A stretch of 64,000 bases of DNA. Origin: Takakia lepidozioides (lineage: Eukaryota; Plantae; Bryophyta). Position numbers and translations under genes: made by a program. The notes beneath the pieces are model-generated. The model did no database searches. It was not told where the DNA came from and saw only the letters and a program-made list of their open reading frames with translations. The stretch is taken from NCBI GenBank assembly GCA_030704615.1, contig CM060731.1:88598001-88662000 (forward strand), given 5' to 3'. Shown here piece by piece: positions 14,335-28,841 of the stretch (position 1 is its first letter; each line of letters opens with the position of its first letter).

Positions 14335-15000
14335 TTACAAAAAAATCAAAAGGCATGGCGAACGTTTGCATTGCAGTGGAATAAAAGGCGCCTGCTGATC
14401 GATGAGGCTTTTATCTCTTTTGCCAGATCGCACAGTGGTTGAATCATTCCATTCAGTGCTACAAGGCTCAGATTCCAGTTTTTTTGCAATCTCAATAGAT
14501 GCCAAATTTATCAATCTAGCAGATGGCGTAAAGATTTCAAAAAATACTCGAGCAACATCTAGCATCTCCACTTCATGAGGCCTCATCATACATTTCCAGA
14601 TCGAACTTGCTCTTTCGAAATCCATTCCGTTGTTTTTAACTAGTACAACCCAGTTGGCAAAAGGAAAATACTGACCAGACTTCATCATGTGGAGGAGAAC
14701 ACGAGGTAGTGTTGCATTCAGTTGGCCTCATCTTGCATTTGCACCACACCACATCCGTGCTCGTTCCAAAACATTTTGGTGTGACAGGCAATCCTTTGCT
14801 TTTCCGAAGCAGGCACCGAACTTTGTGTATTCGTCCATTCCATCCTACATTTCGTCGCGCCTTTGCCTCGTAATAGCTTGCAATGGACATGCGGTCCGGC
14901 TGGTGCAGATTTTGGGTTGCTCCAACCTAAAGCGTTTTTTATTTGTTTGTTGAGCATGATTAAACTGGATACGTAAACCCTACACACCATTTGTCCCTCC
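14335..15000 (-). pseudogene. Decayed coding relic of unknown origin, possibly TE-derived
   Basis: One frame stays protein-like across a few stops (...LERARMWCGANAR*GQLNATLPRVLLHMMKSGQYFPFANW...). No motif recognised. Confidence 0.3.
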
Positions 15001-18000
15001 TCTCTCCAACGAATACATGCCTGAGACGCATTATGTTTGTAGAAAGCATCCCATTTTTTAGAGGCAACCTGCGTCGATGTCGGCTCCCGCTACCGCTATA
15101 GTGACGCTTACTTCAAGCAATTCTTTCCCTAAACTCTATTTGCAATGGCTTTATCCCTAGCCAATGCCTTCATGGACTCCATTTTTACAGGACTTGCATC
15201 GATTTTTACAGAATGTGTACCAGCCTTTGTTATCATACTGAGCACATAATCGCCCTCTAATCGCCGGACTATATACACGTTGCCCTCGTTCTAATCGGCA
15301 CACGCCCTGTCGCAACCACTGCCCCGTCTGAAGTGCCTCCGGCTCCCCCTGCTGCTGATAGTTGGCCCCACCGCAGCCTGTCGCCGTCTCAAGAGCCTCC
15401 CGCTCCCCCCTGCTACTAGGGCCCACGGCAGTGCATAGTTCTCTTGTCTGAAGTCCCTCTCAGCTCCTGCTACGGTACTGTCTCGCATCTCGAGTGTTCT
15501 AGGGTGTTCTTGGGCCCCCGCCTCTATGCCACCGCAGCCATCAAACCCGTACACGTGTCTACCTCCCATGGACCCACTTCAGTCCTCTCTAAGCCTCCTG
15601 CGGCCCCACTCTATTGGCTCTTCCCACAGTGTCGGGTTGCCTGACCTTCCCAAACTGGGCAGCGTACATAGTGCTATATCTATCTATTAAGCATGGTAGT
15701 TTGATTTTGTTTTGTTGGCTCCTCCCTAAGGACATACCTCGCATCCATTGTTTTCTCCTTATGTACCTTCCCCAGTTAATACCTACCTATCAAGGTAATA
15801 CCTTCCCCAATAAAATAGCCATTTGCTAGATTCTCATCCGCCTACTGTTACCATTCATTCCTAACTTGGTGAGTGTCCTCTCCAGAGTAGGGCACGGAAT
15901 GCTATGACGCTCACGGGCGTGAGCTTGGTCTTTAAATTTGCAGGGGGTACTAAATAAGCGGCTAGTCGCGTAATGGCTCCACCGACAAGTCTAAGTAGAA
16001 AATTTCCCTAAAATGTTATATTGAGATAAGGTGATCACATATTCAAACTATATTTTAAACATGTTCAACATAAGAGGAAAATTTATTTGTTAATTTATAA
16101 AGGCGAGGACGGAATTGGCCCTGGCAAAACTTTATTGATATATGAATTAAATACTGATGTATGATATTAAAAATTTGAAAACAAATATTAAAAACGAATG
16201 ATCTTCAGATTTATTAATTATTGAAATATTGAGATGTTTGTTGAAATACTAACCGAAATATTGAAATTTTTGTAGAAGTCAGAAGAATTAGCTGAGATAT
16301 TAAAATACTTGCTACAAATCTGGCTGAATTACTGAATTACTCGCTGAAAATCTGGCTGAATTGCTGAGGTACTCGCTGGAAATCTCGCTGCATTGCTGAA
16401 AATCTTGATTGAGATATTGAAATACTGAAATTTGATGGACTAAGCTCTAGGAGGCCCTTGGACTTTACATAAAGTTTTTATTTCTTTTCTTTTTGGTCTA
16501 AGCAATCTTTGGGTTTTCATACATGTTCTCTGGGCTGTGTTTTTCTAATAACGTATGCCACAGAAATCTTACATCCCACGTATTAGGGACCTTGGCTCCG
16601 TAAGACTCAACGGAAGTGGCAATGGAACTTCCACAAGGCTATTCCCAGGGATTATAGAGCACTAAAGAGGACTATGTCATTTCAATTGATGTGATGCAGC
16701 ACTAGGATGCCGAGGCCTACCATTTGGGCATCAACACCACGTCCAGTAAGACCGCTACTTAATACTGTACGATTGATGACACTAGCCCTCGGGACCCTGG
16801 GCAGCACTAGAATCAACCGTACTGTCCCAAGACATCTGACATATGACCACTCGGACCTCGGGAGCCCCTTAGAAGACTAGTGGTAGATGCGAAGATGGTA
16901 GAGGATGTGAGATGGAGTCCCTGTTGCTGCAATAGTGCTCTTCAACGCAGAAAGCTCTGAGGTGCTGGTACCTAATTAAGACCATAGCCACTTGTATCAT
17001 TCAAGGATCATACCCACAATGATTTGGAGAGAGACACACAAGCATAAGGTAGTATAAGTACAAAGCCTTCTTTCTCTCCCTTGGGATGTTCTTGTGAGGG
17101 TAAATCCTAAGCATCTATTTTCAGCTCAGATCATTTCAGCTCAGATCATTCATGGAAGAAATATACTAAAGAGATAAAAAAACATAGGACTAGTCCTTGT
17201 GCAAAGAGTCACATTCACTAACTGTTCCATGGTATCAAGGACTTTTACCACTATGGTCCCATCACAATACCCACCAGTCATAGGCTAATTCACGAGAGAG
17301 AAAAGATCATGTATAAAGGGCGGATACATGTTGAAATAATGGATAAAAGGCTGGTCAGAAAAACAAGAAATAAACACTTCTCAGCACTGGGTTTTGCTAC
17401 TTTCAGGTCAACATGGAAAGCCCACTATGTGTGGCATACGTCGTCTCACAGCTCTCAAAACTAACTTCATCAGCTGGGAACTGATGCCTGCTAGTCAAGT
17501 CAAACCTCTACCAAGGGAGTTGTTACACAAATGAAATTGAAATGGATAGTCGATCGCGTTTGACAGCTATATTACAAAGGGAAAGGCTTTCAATCCCTAC
17601 CTGCCTGTTGTTTGAGCTGCATGTGACAGACCCCTAGCCTCTTTTTGTCTATATGAATGCTTTCTATTTAATAAGACAAAAGTGGAAGTTCAACCCTTGT
17701 CCCCAAGAGCATATCACAAAGCTATATTTCAAGCCCTATGTTGCAGCCATGTGAAGAAAGTCAGAATAGAGTGTGTACCTTAAACCGGCCAGAAGTAGAG
17801 GACAAGATGCTGCATGAAAGCCCATGTTGTAGAGAATGCTAGATACGAGAAGCCTGGCCAAACAGTAGCAAATCAAGCCATGACTAATGCAAGTATGTAT
17901 GTATGGAAGATCCAGATAGCAGATTAGTTCTCAATCCTAGTGTAGTCCAATTGAAGTGGTCTGTACATATAGTCTTGTCAAATGCATATCCAGTAATATT

Positions 18001-18351
18001 TATTCTTATCGCAATGGAAAGTAGGAGGCATTCCGCCAGTTCTAACATCTTCTGTTTTCACTTGAAGCTTCAGTTAAGTGTTGGGATTGCACTAACATAC
18101 TCAGTATGAAGATTTAGCAGCAGTTTCATGATGCTAAAAAACATAAGATTAGGTTGAGCTGAACCGGCCTAAAGATAGTACCGAACATCTTAGAAGAAAG
18201 GTCCTGCTCAAACCCCAGCCCACCTGGTGGTCTTCAACAAACTAGTAACAGTAGCCATTCCTGATCGAATGTTTTTGTTCCCTGGAATTTCCAACCGTTT
18301 CAGATCACAAATAAATCCACCATGGAGGTCAAGGTAAGAGATGGCAAGTAC

Positions 18352-18432
18352 CTGAATGATAACAGGGATGCAACCATGGAGCACACTGTCTTCAAGCCGG
18401 CCAACCTTCTTCCAACCTTCTCCACGTTCTAA
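18352..18432 (-). pseudogene. Exostosin/GT47 glycosyltransferase fragment
   Basis: Translates GEGWKKVGRLEDSVLHGCIPVIIQ followed by a gt donor; matches the GT47 signature GDGWSGRxEDSxLxGCIPVIIQ. Confidence 0.7.
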
Positions 18433-19507
18433 CCTGCAAGAGGCTAGACATAATCAACAATTTGTTTTCAAAAACCTCAACTACCGAGTTAATGGCCTCA
18501 GGGCCACTCTCATCCATCTGTCAGTGTGATTGAAAACTGACGGTCTGCAATGCTTGAGAACATCCTTAACAACTTTTGTCACATCTATGTAATCAGCCGT
18601 CTACAGTAAGGAAGAAAGGGGAACGGAGACTCTAAAAATGACCATACCAATTTCAGCTCCACAACCTGGCCCGTGACACTGTTCCATGCTACGAGGCCTT
18701 CCACCATTCACCACAAGGAGAAGATAGGGCCCTCGGTATATCCTCCCTAGATGCGGCCAGGATGGCGGCGCAGCGTACACTGCCATTCCTGTGCCTACTC
18801 TGGGATCAAAACCCGGTTGTGCAGACCAGTCCACAATAAATCACGACTGTTGGCACTGAATTCATGTATAACCTGGAGGGTAGTGATCATATCAACAACC
18901 AGTACCCTTTGACTGGCCTCCCAGGCTGCACCACCGGAGCCTGCTGCATACGTCAATCGCGAGTATGAATTCAATAAGCATTAGGGATATGCAGAGTAAA
19001 AATTCAGATGAACAAACTGCCCGCATCTAATCACAACCTTTCAATGCCATACCGATTTCATTATGAGACGCGGTGTTGCGCCCATCCCTGTATATGGATT
19101 CCAGCGACCAGTCACCACGCACATACAAGGGTTTTGTTGGCTCCTCCCTCAAGAGGAGACCACGCATCAATGTTGAAAAGATGGATGATCCTGATATACC
19201 TTCACCAAAAACACCCAAACATAATATATATACCTTCACTAGTTAACATTGCTATGTTTGTGAAATATATTTTTAAACACTAATAAATGGCTGGAGACCG
19301 GTGAAAGCCGGTAGCTGTTTCTTCTTCTTCCTTGCTCTCTTGTTCCTGGCCTTTGTGGGATGTGGGCGTGGAGAAATGGGTGCGATTCATCCTCGCATGG
19401 AGGAGATTGCACCATGAGCATGCGCATGCTAGCTATCACGGGTCGCCCTTTTTGTCCTTTCCATCCCCCGATTCTCAAGTTGGGCTGCATAGCATCTCGA
19501 ACCCTAA

Positions 19508-19653
19508 TGAATTTGGGTCAATGCGAGACAAAAGAGAGTAATTTGGGCCACCAAGCAACAGCGGATGTAGTAGTGGTTGCTCAGCGCAATGCAGAGTATC
19601 ATCTGGAGCTATCACGTGCCCGTTTCTGTGGTGTGCTACCTGGAGATGCGTGA
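19508..19653 (+). pseudogene. Exostosin/GT47 glycosyltransferase fragment (opposite strand)
   Basis: EFGSMRDK/(frameshift)ESNLGHQATADVVVVAQRNAEYHLELSRARFCGVLPGD resembles the FCGVLPGDG block of EGF-domain exostosin-like proteins. Confidence 0.7.
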
Positions 19654-21465
19654 GCATCTGGTACCAGACCGCATGGCCGCGTCCCATGGCTATGTCAGAG
19701 GTATTTGTCCATATATTTTTTTTGGCAGTGTTGGCGTGTGCTTAGTCCAGTTGGTCTTGGTGCACTCTTCATAGTCCCTTGCTTTGGACAAGTTGCTTCA
19801 CCACCTTTATCTAGTGTCAAGCCTTGTTGTTCCCACTGTTATTTGCCCTGTGGCTCCTATTTGTGGCAGGAATGCTAGAAGCTACATGGAGGCTAGTGTA
19901 TAGCACAATTAAAATTCTACTACTAGGCAGCCTCCATACACTCTTGGCCACATAATTTCCTTTCCTTGCCTGAGTTAGTGGAGACTGGTGGAGCCTTACA
20001 CAGGTGCCCATGTTGGCGCAAGCATATGAGTACTTTTTCCAGTTGGGTCATGTAGAGGGCAAGCGCTTTCGGCCCATGGTACCGTCATTCTGTGTAACTA
20101 TGTTCCGCCTTTGTTGTGACTAGGGGAGGCCACTTCCAAATATTCCGAGACTACGTGCAAAAAAATATAGGGTACAATATATTCTTGGCAGATAAAATTT
20201 AGAAAACAATTACAGCTAAATATGGGTACCAATACATCGTGGTTTCGGAATTTAAATGAATAGAGGGTCAAGGATATAGACTATTTTTTTTTTCCTTCTT
20301 ACAACTACCGATAGGGTCCTGATAAAGACCTGGGATGCGTGTCGTCTAGTTACTGGTTTATCAGGTATGATGTATGATGTGTTTATCAGATGTCAGAACT
20401 TGGATTTGGGGACTTGAACTGTTAATACATTTTCGTTCGCAAATCCAGAGGACACCTTAAATTGAAGTATGATGTAACAGTCAGTAAATGGATAGACATA
20501 GATTCAATCATTAGTTCAAGTACTCTGATTTTTGACAAAGTTCAAAATTGCTTATAGCTTGAATGCTATCAATGCCCAAACTTTGGATGAGTTTGTTTCG
20601 ATCAAATAATGAATAATTTTTGAACTATAAAAAAGTTCTTTTATTGCATTGTTATTATAGCATGCTTGAAATTTGTTAGCAGCAGTAAAATATAATTAAC
20701 ATAGCCTTTCAGAAAATCCAACATTTTACAAAATTATGTAAGTATAAGGTGCCCAATAAAAACCAAAATAAAATAAATACCCCTATACAATTTACCCCTT
20801 TTTCGCACATGATGTATAAAAGATATAGGGAGTGGCTCCCCCGAGTGTTGTGAAAGAGGTGATCCTTAAAATTTGTTTAGTAGATTTTTTAATAGAGTTG
20901 CAAGTGCCAATTGCAATAGTAACACGTTCACATGTGTTGATGGAGTACATTTTGGGCCTTGAAGGAAACAAATTTCAGGCGTGCAAAAGCTCTTCCCTCT
21001 CTTACTTGCCCTTACCCTTCTATTGAAAGCTTTATGTTGTGTTTGGTTTGACAATTTTTTATTGATGGAGGTTTGTGACCAATATTTATATTGAGGAGTT
21101 GCTCGATTGGATGTTGGCCGGGGCTGGTTTATCAACTTGTGAAGCCTTGGCAATCTCATTCATGAATCTAGCCAAGGACTCACACCTCATAACCGCCACT
21201 CATAGCCTTAGGTTATTAGACCCAATATATATATTCATAACCGTCCACTTAAAAAACACCCAACCGATTGTCTACATCAATTTTTAAAGTTTTGGCCTCC
21301 GCCGGTTACTATTGGGACCGGTTACTTGTATGCCTACAGTCTGCTGGTTCCTTTCGGGACCGATTATTTAAATTTTTCATCTCCTGCGATTATATATATA
21401 TATATAACCAGATAGATAACCAACTGTTATTATTAGAGACAAGAATAAATAACCTCCCAACATTG

Positions 21466-21690
21466 GTACTAACACGTAAAGGTTTATTTCATAAAAGGAT
21501 GTTGGTGCATTACAAATGGATGTATGAACGTTTATCGAAAATAAAGTTTTGTTTTAATTATAATAAATGATGACAACCTACCAATTTTGTCAATACATAC
21601 CAATAAATAATATATGTGATTCATAAATATAATGACCAAAGTTGATACATTTATTATAGTAGTTTACATTTTTTCTATTTCCCTTAGGAA
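21466..21690. repeat. Dispersed repeat; inverted copy of 33560-33753
   Basis: gtactaacacgtaaaggtttatttcataaaaggatgttggtgcattacaaat... aligns with the reverse complement of 33560-33753 over ~200 bp. Confidence 0.85.
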
Positions 21691-22514
21691 ATTTTCTTTT
21701 CTTTTCGAGTTTTCAAGTCTCTCATGATCTTGCTTAGCCTCTTCCAACATACGTGTACATCTTTCGCAGTTTTTGACAATGTTGCCTATAGTCCGACTCT
21801 CTTAATTAATTACAGTAGAAAGAAAAAATAGATTGAAATACTTAGAATCAGATTGTTACATGTCCGATCTTTAGATATTTAGAAAATGAAAGTGAGACTG
21901 AATGTTGTGTGATAGATCTTTGAATGAATATATATATATATACGATTGTTACATGTTTAAGAGCATTGTGTAGTTACAAGTGACTGGTTGTATAAAAGTT
22001 AAATTTTGAATAATGTTTTATTATTTTTAATAGTAAATATGTGTTGATTTAATTCGTACAGTAATATAACTTTTAATGATTCTAATAAGTTTAGGTTATA
22101 ACTAAAAAGATGAATACTAAAAATAACTAAAAAATGATTAAAATATAAAGATAAACTATTAAAATATTTTATTTGCAACTCGTTCTTCCACTTAAGTCTA
22201 CTTTTATGGTAAGGTTCAGTTTTGCAAACTCTGCACCGATGGAGTTTTAAATTGGATCCATCTTGTTGCCAAATAAGAACACACAAGACACACTCAGGAT
22301 GTTGAAGCTTACCAGCAGTAAATTGGTTGGATGTCTCATATCAGTTGTAGGTGAGGGGTCTCTGGGCTGTGGAGTTAGGTGGCAGGCCACCTTCACAAGA
22401 TCTTTGAGGTAGGTATACATAGGTAGCTTTGTTGAATGACAGATTTAACAGACATTATGAACCTCCACATTCGATCTGTCCTTAACCCCTAATGGACGAG
22501 CCCGTTTTTGGTGG

Positions 22515-22640
22515 GCCCATGCCAAAACTGAACGTGCCCACATGTTTGAGGGCATATCTGACATTTGGCAGGCCCATGCCAAAACTGAACATGCCCTCAT
22601 GTTTGAGGGCATATCTGACATTTGGCAAGCCCATGCCAAA
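22515..22640. repeat. 57-bp tandem repeat, ~2.2 copies
   Basis: gcccatgccaaaactgaac(g/a)tgccc(a/t)catgtttgagggcatatctgacatttggca repeated. Confidence 0.9.
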
Positions 22641-23289
22641 TGAACCGAATGAAAGTAATCCTACCTACTTCAGGAACCTACTGTAAAATTTTCAAGTGAT
22701 TTCACCGTGTCATTAGGAAGATTATAACAAAAATGTAAGCTGTAAATATTTTTTGTCCTCTAGTTTTGGAGTGGAAAAATAGTTTGACCAAGCAATTGGC
22801 CCGGCAAAATGATTTTTCATTGATACAGCATACCCAGATTCTAATTGGCTGGCATGTTCAGCACCTTGAGCCAAGATTCCAGAACCAAATTCCAAAACCA
22901 CAAGGGGGTTGCTTTGTATGGGAAAATCGGTGGGTCAAAAATACTCTCCATTACCATTGACCCCAAATCTGCCTCAAATGTGTCCAAATTTTCATCACAA
23001 TGTCAATTCCTCTGGTCATATTGTATCTTGCGTGGAAACTCACCACCATAAAAAATTTGGAAGGATTCTAACCACTCTACATGCATAGATTTCCATTTGG
23101 GCCTACTTCTACTTGAATCCAAATTCCGGGGAACTGATGCCTAAGCCGACAGAGGATTCCGGCCCTAAAAATCGGGCTACGTCATCGATACATGGGGAAT
23201 TGCCGGGCACCCGAAACGCAGCACCCGACGAACGCGAAGGCAGGCCCTTTCTTTCATCGTGCGAATCTGCAAGTAACCAACTGCCAACC

Positions 23290-26200
23290 GTCTGAGATGT
23301 CAGTGCAGAATACAAGGGAGGCATTTTCCGGACAAAGCTCCTGCGGCAGCTCCTCCACAGGTCGAGGTAAGAGAAAAATTCGTGCGTGGGCACACAGCTT
23401 CCTTCTGTAACCTACATCCGCTGTGGAGTCGTAGTGAGAGACGAGGGCTGCAGGAGATTGCCACCAACACAAACCAGTAGCTTGTTCCTCATTTCACAGC
23501 CGTTCTCGAAGCTTCAGTACACAGCCCCGAAGAACAAAATCCCCTGCGTTGTCACGGGTGATGGCAGCATCACCTACAAGCAACGCTGCTGAACTGGCAG
23601 ATCTTTGGGGTGCAGCCCAGGCTCCGTTAGTGAGGTCAACATCTGGCAAAGAGACTGTCTTACATTCTGAAAATGGAATCCAGAGCTTCCCTGGTTACCG
23701 CCCTGCCCAGTAAGGCTCACTCCAAGCAACAGACTAACTCTCTTCCGAATGTCTATCTTCCGATCCAACTAAGAGGCAATCTTATTCACATCTCCTATGA
23801 TGATATTTCTCTAATCCAGAAGACAACATAGATTGATGCAAGGATGAAGCTACAACTTACATGCAAACATCCTAATGAGCTGATGTGGAATGCTCTCTGA
23901 GATTCCAACTAAACATCCACTACTTAAACCTTGAGAGCCAGCTTCACCAAGGGTGTCTGGCTCCTAGCCAAAAGCTTCTCTGCGATGTCATGTTCAGTAA
24001 CAGGGAGATAATAAATATGCGATTTTATTCGAGTCTTCTTAAATAGATCATCCAATGTGGGACTTGTCTGGCTCCATGTCTGTCCAATCCAACACAGCAC
24101 TACAAATCTTAACTATTGTATGCTTTTTTAACAATCCACAAGTGCAAATCCACATGGCACATCCACATCTCTCTGCTTGTCTGTCATTTCTCTTGCACAG
24201 TCGTCACCTCTCAGTAATGTCCCTCTGTACCATTACTGTTCTTATTATGAGTTGATTTGCCAGTTTTGGTCTTCCATCCCCTAGTCTCCCAGTCCTTCCT
24301 GTTTCCTATCTTTACTCTGCTTGCTCAATCCTCTATCGCTGTAGCATATGTGCATACCAGCAATCTCTACCCCTCTCCTCCTTGTAGTAAACCTGACCTA
24401 TTCAAGCATCTAATCCTGATAGCTACATACATTGCAAGAGAGCACAGAAAATTACCAGGAAAGAACCATTTGGGTTGAACTTCAAGTATTATGCGGAGGT
24501 CAGTAACCAAAACAATTCCCCTTGAAGTCTGGGTCTGATGCCAACAATACATGGACAACCTTCTTTTCACAAGGACTTGGACTCCAAGCTTCAGGTGAGT
24601 TGAGGGTACCTAAAACCCTATCTAAAACATCAGAAGAATACAGTTACCTACCTTACAAATAAAACCAAAGCTGGACCTCTGCATCCGTCAAGGTGGCATC
24701 AGTCACGAGCCTCAAGAGCTCTGTTGTCTGATTCCCTGTGGCTTCCAATTTCTGAATCGTGTCCCTCCTAATATATTTACTAGGCAAGTCCGTGCACAGA
24801 ATGTGACCCTTCTCCTTCATACTTGGTGCCAATATTTCCAATTTTGACCTGACAAACTGTAAGAAGCTTGACATGGGGGTTGTGGCCGCCTTGTTCGTCT
24901 GATAATTTTCTCGATAGGCTTCATACTGACTGCCTGCCAAGTTCAGAACATCCAGTTGGTGGTGACTCACCTGCATCCAAGGCTTTGCGTTTAGGTGTCA
25001 TCCATTCCCTAACCCCACACAGATCACCCCACTCACCCCAATGAATGCAAGCCTATGTAGAAAACAGGCGAGATGAAGATACAGAAATGCAGCACACATG
25101 AACACACACAAAATCAGCGCGCATTAGCATCTGTGACGGCAGATGGTACAAGCAGCAACGCCTCCAAGTTGAACCCTAACAGCATCGTCAATGCACAAAA
25201 TGCAGGAAGATCAAGTTCCAAGGCCATATCTCGCAAAACGGAACAGCTCCCGCTGGTTTTCTCATAATGAGCACACATAGAAACCCCCCTGCAAATCACC
25301 TGCATGCGACGAAAGCAAAAACAAGCGCAGCAAAAACATAGAGCAGCGACAATCGAGAGAAATGCCCGTAAGCAAGGTGGCAAGGAAGGCTGGAGAATGT
25401 GCCCGAGAAGATACCCAGCCGCTACCGCCACCTGCCGGGCCCGTCATCATCATTATCTCGGGTGCATGCAGCCCCATGCCTAAACCCATCGCCGGCTTTT
25501 GGTCGCCCCCTCACCCCTTTAGCCTGCCACGTCACACGGTCAAAGGTGCTGGAGGGCCGTGAACCACCCAATTTTGGGTACCCCTGCACATTAAAAAATC
25601 ACTGACGGCAGGGATTTTATTATTTTAGGGTGCCATAAAGACAGGCGGGTGCATAACATCAAGGCGCACAACTTTCGTTCAGAAACTCTTTTCATCTGAT
25701 GTCATCGGACGAAGTTACATCGTGGATGAATTCTGCAGCCCACCCTGACGCGACCCGAAATGGGCCGCCTCGTCCATTAGGGGTTAACCATGTTTCACAT
25801 TGGCATGATAAGTGGAGACCTCGTTTAACTTTTTCGTGCAAACTGCCTTTTTGTCATGTTAAGGTACCGATACATTCGCGGGATGGTCTACTCCTCAACT
25901 CCTGCTCACCTTTAGAGGAATTCAATTGTGTATCTTTCCTCGTGTAGAAACTTATTTCCTTGGTTGCACCTTTTCCAGTTCTTTCCCAGACATATCTTGC
26001 ATATACAGTCGAAAATTACTTACCTCAGTCCTGAAGTGGACAATTGACGACTAGCTTTAAGATTACCACATTCTAGCGATTCCGTTCTTAACCACTTTGC
26101 TTGCAGCTGATATTTCCATCTTTATCCACTACCATCTCTCGACTTATGTTCATCTCTCAAACGCAACAACGAGTCCATCTCTCAAGGGGCTGTTCATACA

Positions 26201-26423
26201 GCAGGTTGAAGGTTAAATACACGCAATTGGCAACATTCTTTTCCTTTGATTGTTTGTGGCACACAAAATTCCCTCGAGACAGCGTGCAACGGTAGCATGT
26301 GTGCACTCTACACTGTTCGTATGCTCGTAATGTGACACAAGAATACACTCCATCCGCCACACCAATCCCATCTCCCTCTATGGCAGTTACCTCGTACCGT
26401 GAGTACCAGAGTTGTTCGTACAA
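23290..26423 (-). pseudogene. Spliced pseudogene of unknown family, probably TE-associated
   Basis: Exon-like open blocks, mostly with AG acceptors, at ~26030-26423, 25120-25299, 24655-24970, 24475-24609 and 23290-23666 (CKTVSLPDVDLTNGAW...LRERL*NEEQ...RKLCAHARIF). In-frame TGA stops. Confidence 0.5.
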
Positions 26424-27376
26424 GCAGCAGATGCATCAGATTTAAAAAGCTCTTTAGACAATCCTCACCTTGAAATAGGAGTTGGATCTAGGTTTCACAT
26501 CATTTGCACTGCTGCTGGGTAAGGCCAAGAAACGACAAGCCAGACATGCGAAGGACTAGTAGTCAAGCAAGAAGAATCAGAAGCGAGAATAAGGACAGTC
26601 GTAAGGGAACCCTTAGAACCTAAACTGATAACCTAGTTGAAGCAAGGGCAAAAATAAAAGATGCCGCACTAGCCACATGCTTCCAAAAGAGATCGATTCA
26701 GACCACGCGGCACTGGCTACGCCTGGAGATGCAGTGAATGGGATACAACTCGTTTCATATCCTATCACACAACCTCTCAATACGCACAAGATCTGTAAGA
26801 CCTCCCATTACAAAACCGGACGATGAAAGGCAAAGAAAGCTGCCCAAGGCACACAATAATGAGGTAGAGCTAAACAAGATAACGCAGAACTCAACAAAAG
26901 ATGCAGGAACGGACAGCAGACCTCAAAACCTGGGCTAAATGACAAGGAAAACAGACAAGCATCTCACGATTGCAGGATGAAAGAACGACACCAAAACAAC
27001 TCTAGACAAGAGACAAACGAGGAGACGCTCTGAACCCACATCACCGACAGCACACCTCACACTCAAATCCACTCCCTCGCTCCTCACACACAGTGATGCT
27101 CCGTGGGGCGGTTTGCTTTATACCCTCAAGCCCGCGGTCAAGCGACCTTTGATAGCCGGTAGGAATTAGGGCTAGCTTAGGGCTCCAGATTATGTTATGA
27201 AGTATTTAAGTTCACCTCCTCTGTAGATGGTATAACCCAACCCGACCCTACTGGTCGGTGCCTGTTGTTCAACCCCCTACTTAGATCTTTCTGGATTCAA
27301 CTGTGATTGACTTGCAGTGAAGAGGGCTTTCCAATGCCATCTGCCCGAGATTGACCCATGCAGATGGCAGAAAGTT

Positions 27377-27863
27377 GCCTCAGAATTTTGTGTGGCCTCG
27401 TTCGTAATGAGGCCGCACGGTGCAGAGGGGACAGGGACCTGACAGCGGGCCCGCTACATTGAAAGGATCCCTCCCTATTCCCCTGTTTCTCTTATATATC
27501 AAAAAAAAACGTCAAGTCGTTGATACGGCGGAAGTTGGGGTCTGGTGGTAGGTCGATGGCAATGTGGCTATGCAATTCTCTGGTTCCATTCCTTGAACGT
27601 AGTTCCGGTGGTTGGCGATTACTGTAACTACCTCCACGGAGGTGGTATGCAACTACTCTCATGCAGGTAGTTCAGCTTGGTTTTGCAACTACCTTCATGT
27701 AGAAAATCCTAAAACTACCTGAATGGAGGTAGTTGTAAAATTCATATGCCAAAAAAATTCTAAGTCCTTGACGCATGAAGGTAGTTTGCTCCTATATTAA
27801 TGAGACGGCCTGACGGTCGTCTGACCAGCCTCATAACGACGAGGCCACACAAAATTCTGAGCC
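27377..27863. mobile_element. Mutator-like (MULE) MITE
   Basis: TIR of ~35 bp (CTCAGAATTTTGTGTGGCCTCGT...); perfect 9-bp TSD CAGAAAGTT at 27368-27376 and 27864-27872. Confidence 0.9.
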
Positions 27864-28421
27864 CAGAAAGTTATGGCGCGGCCAAAATGGTGACATGCGA
27901 CCCTTGCCCGCTGCCCGAATCTTATGCTCCTCGGCTACCGAGTACCGACGGAGAGGATGAGGTGTGGGGTCCCGCGTTGAAGGTAGGCTGCCAGGGCCGG
28001 TCCCGCTCTCTGCCTGGTGGGGGTGACCCCATCTTCCGAGGGGTGGCCCGTTAAGAAACCGGGGGGCAGTACAGAATTAGAGGTCTTGTGGGAAACCCCA
28101 ATCTCACCAGTGAGGGGGTTTCGTGGATGGATTTAATTCCGTGGAGGATCGTTTCACAACATTAGGGCTGTCCAGTTTTCCAAACAACAGACCACTAAAC
28201 TCAAAAAGATGGCAAAGTGCGAAATACTTTGGACCCCTCAGGATAGTTACAAAAGAGGTATACCAAAGTCTGACTCAAAAATCTTTATGGGCTGGCATGT
28301 TCATGTTAAATTGGCACAGTCCTCACCAATTTGGTAGAACCCTTCTGCAGCATAGATGAAGCTATTTTCTGCTTAGGGAGCATCCTAAAAGTACACAAAG
28401 GAGAAACAACCGGGTCTTCAC

Positions 28422-28833
28422 CAGTGTTGCTCTGGTATCAGGTTTAGGACATACCAGACTGGTCCTGGCACCATGACCACAACACCAGCTGGTATAAGAT
28501 ATCAATTCTGGTATCATTCCAAAGCCATCTTTGAATTACAAGTTTATCAAATAGCAAGTATCAAGTGAAAACAAATACAATACACATAAAGAAATAAATA
28601 TTATTAAGTACAAGTATGTAGGTATATGTACACATAAATTAATATAGTACACATACCAGGGTACATAAGGAAGACGGCGGGCCGTGTGGCTGGTATGAAA
28701 AAACTGATACCAGCCTGGTCTGGTATATGACCAAGTGCTCTCCCAAATGATACCAGACTGGTTTGGTATCTAGTACCAGTGCATATACCAATACTTTATG
28801 CCAGTCCTTCACCTATATACCAGACCAACACTG
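28422..28833. mobile_element. hAT-type MITE 1 of a tandem pair
   Basis: TIR CAGTGTTG/CAACACTG; many subterminal ATACCAG/CTGGTAT motifs; flanked by GTCTTCAC and GTCTTTAC. Confidence 0.88.
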
Positions 28834-28841
28834 GTCTTTAC

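Noticed and set aside
20310-20350. Helitron 3' end (short hairpin followed by CTAG|T)
   Set aside because: The stem is short and imperfect and no matching 5' TC end could be assigned.
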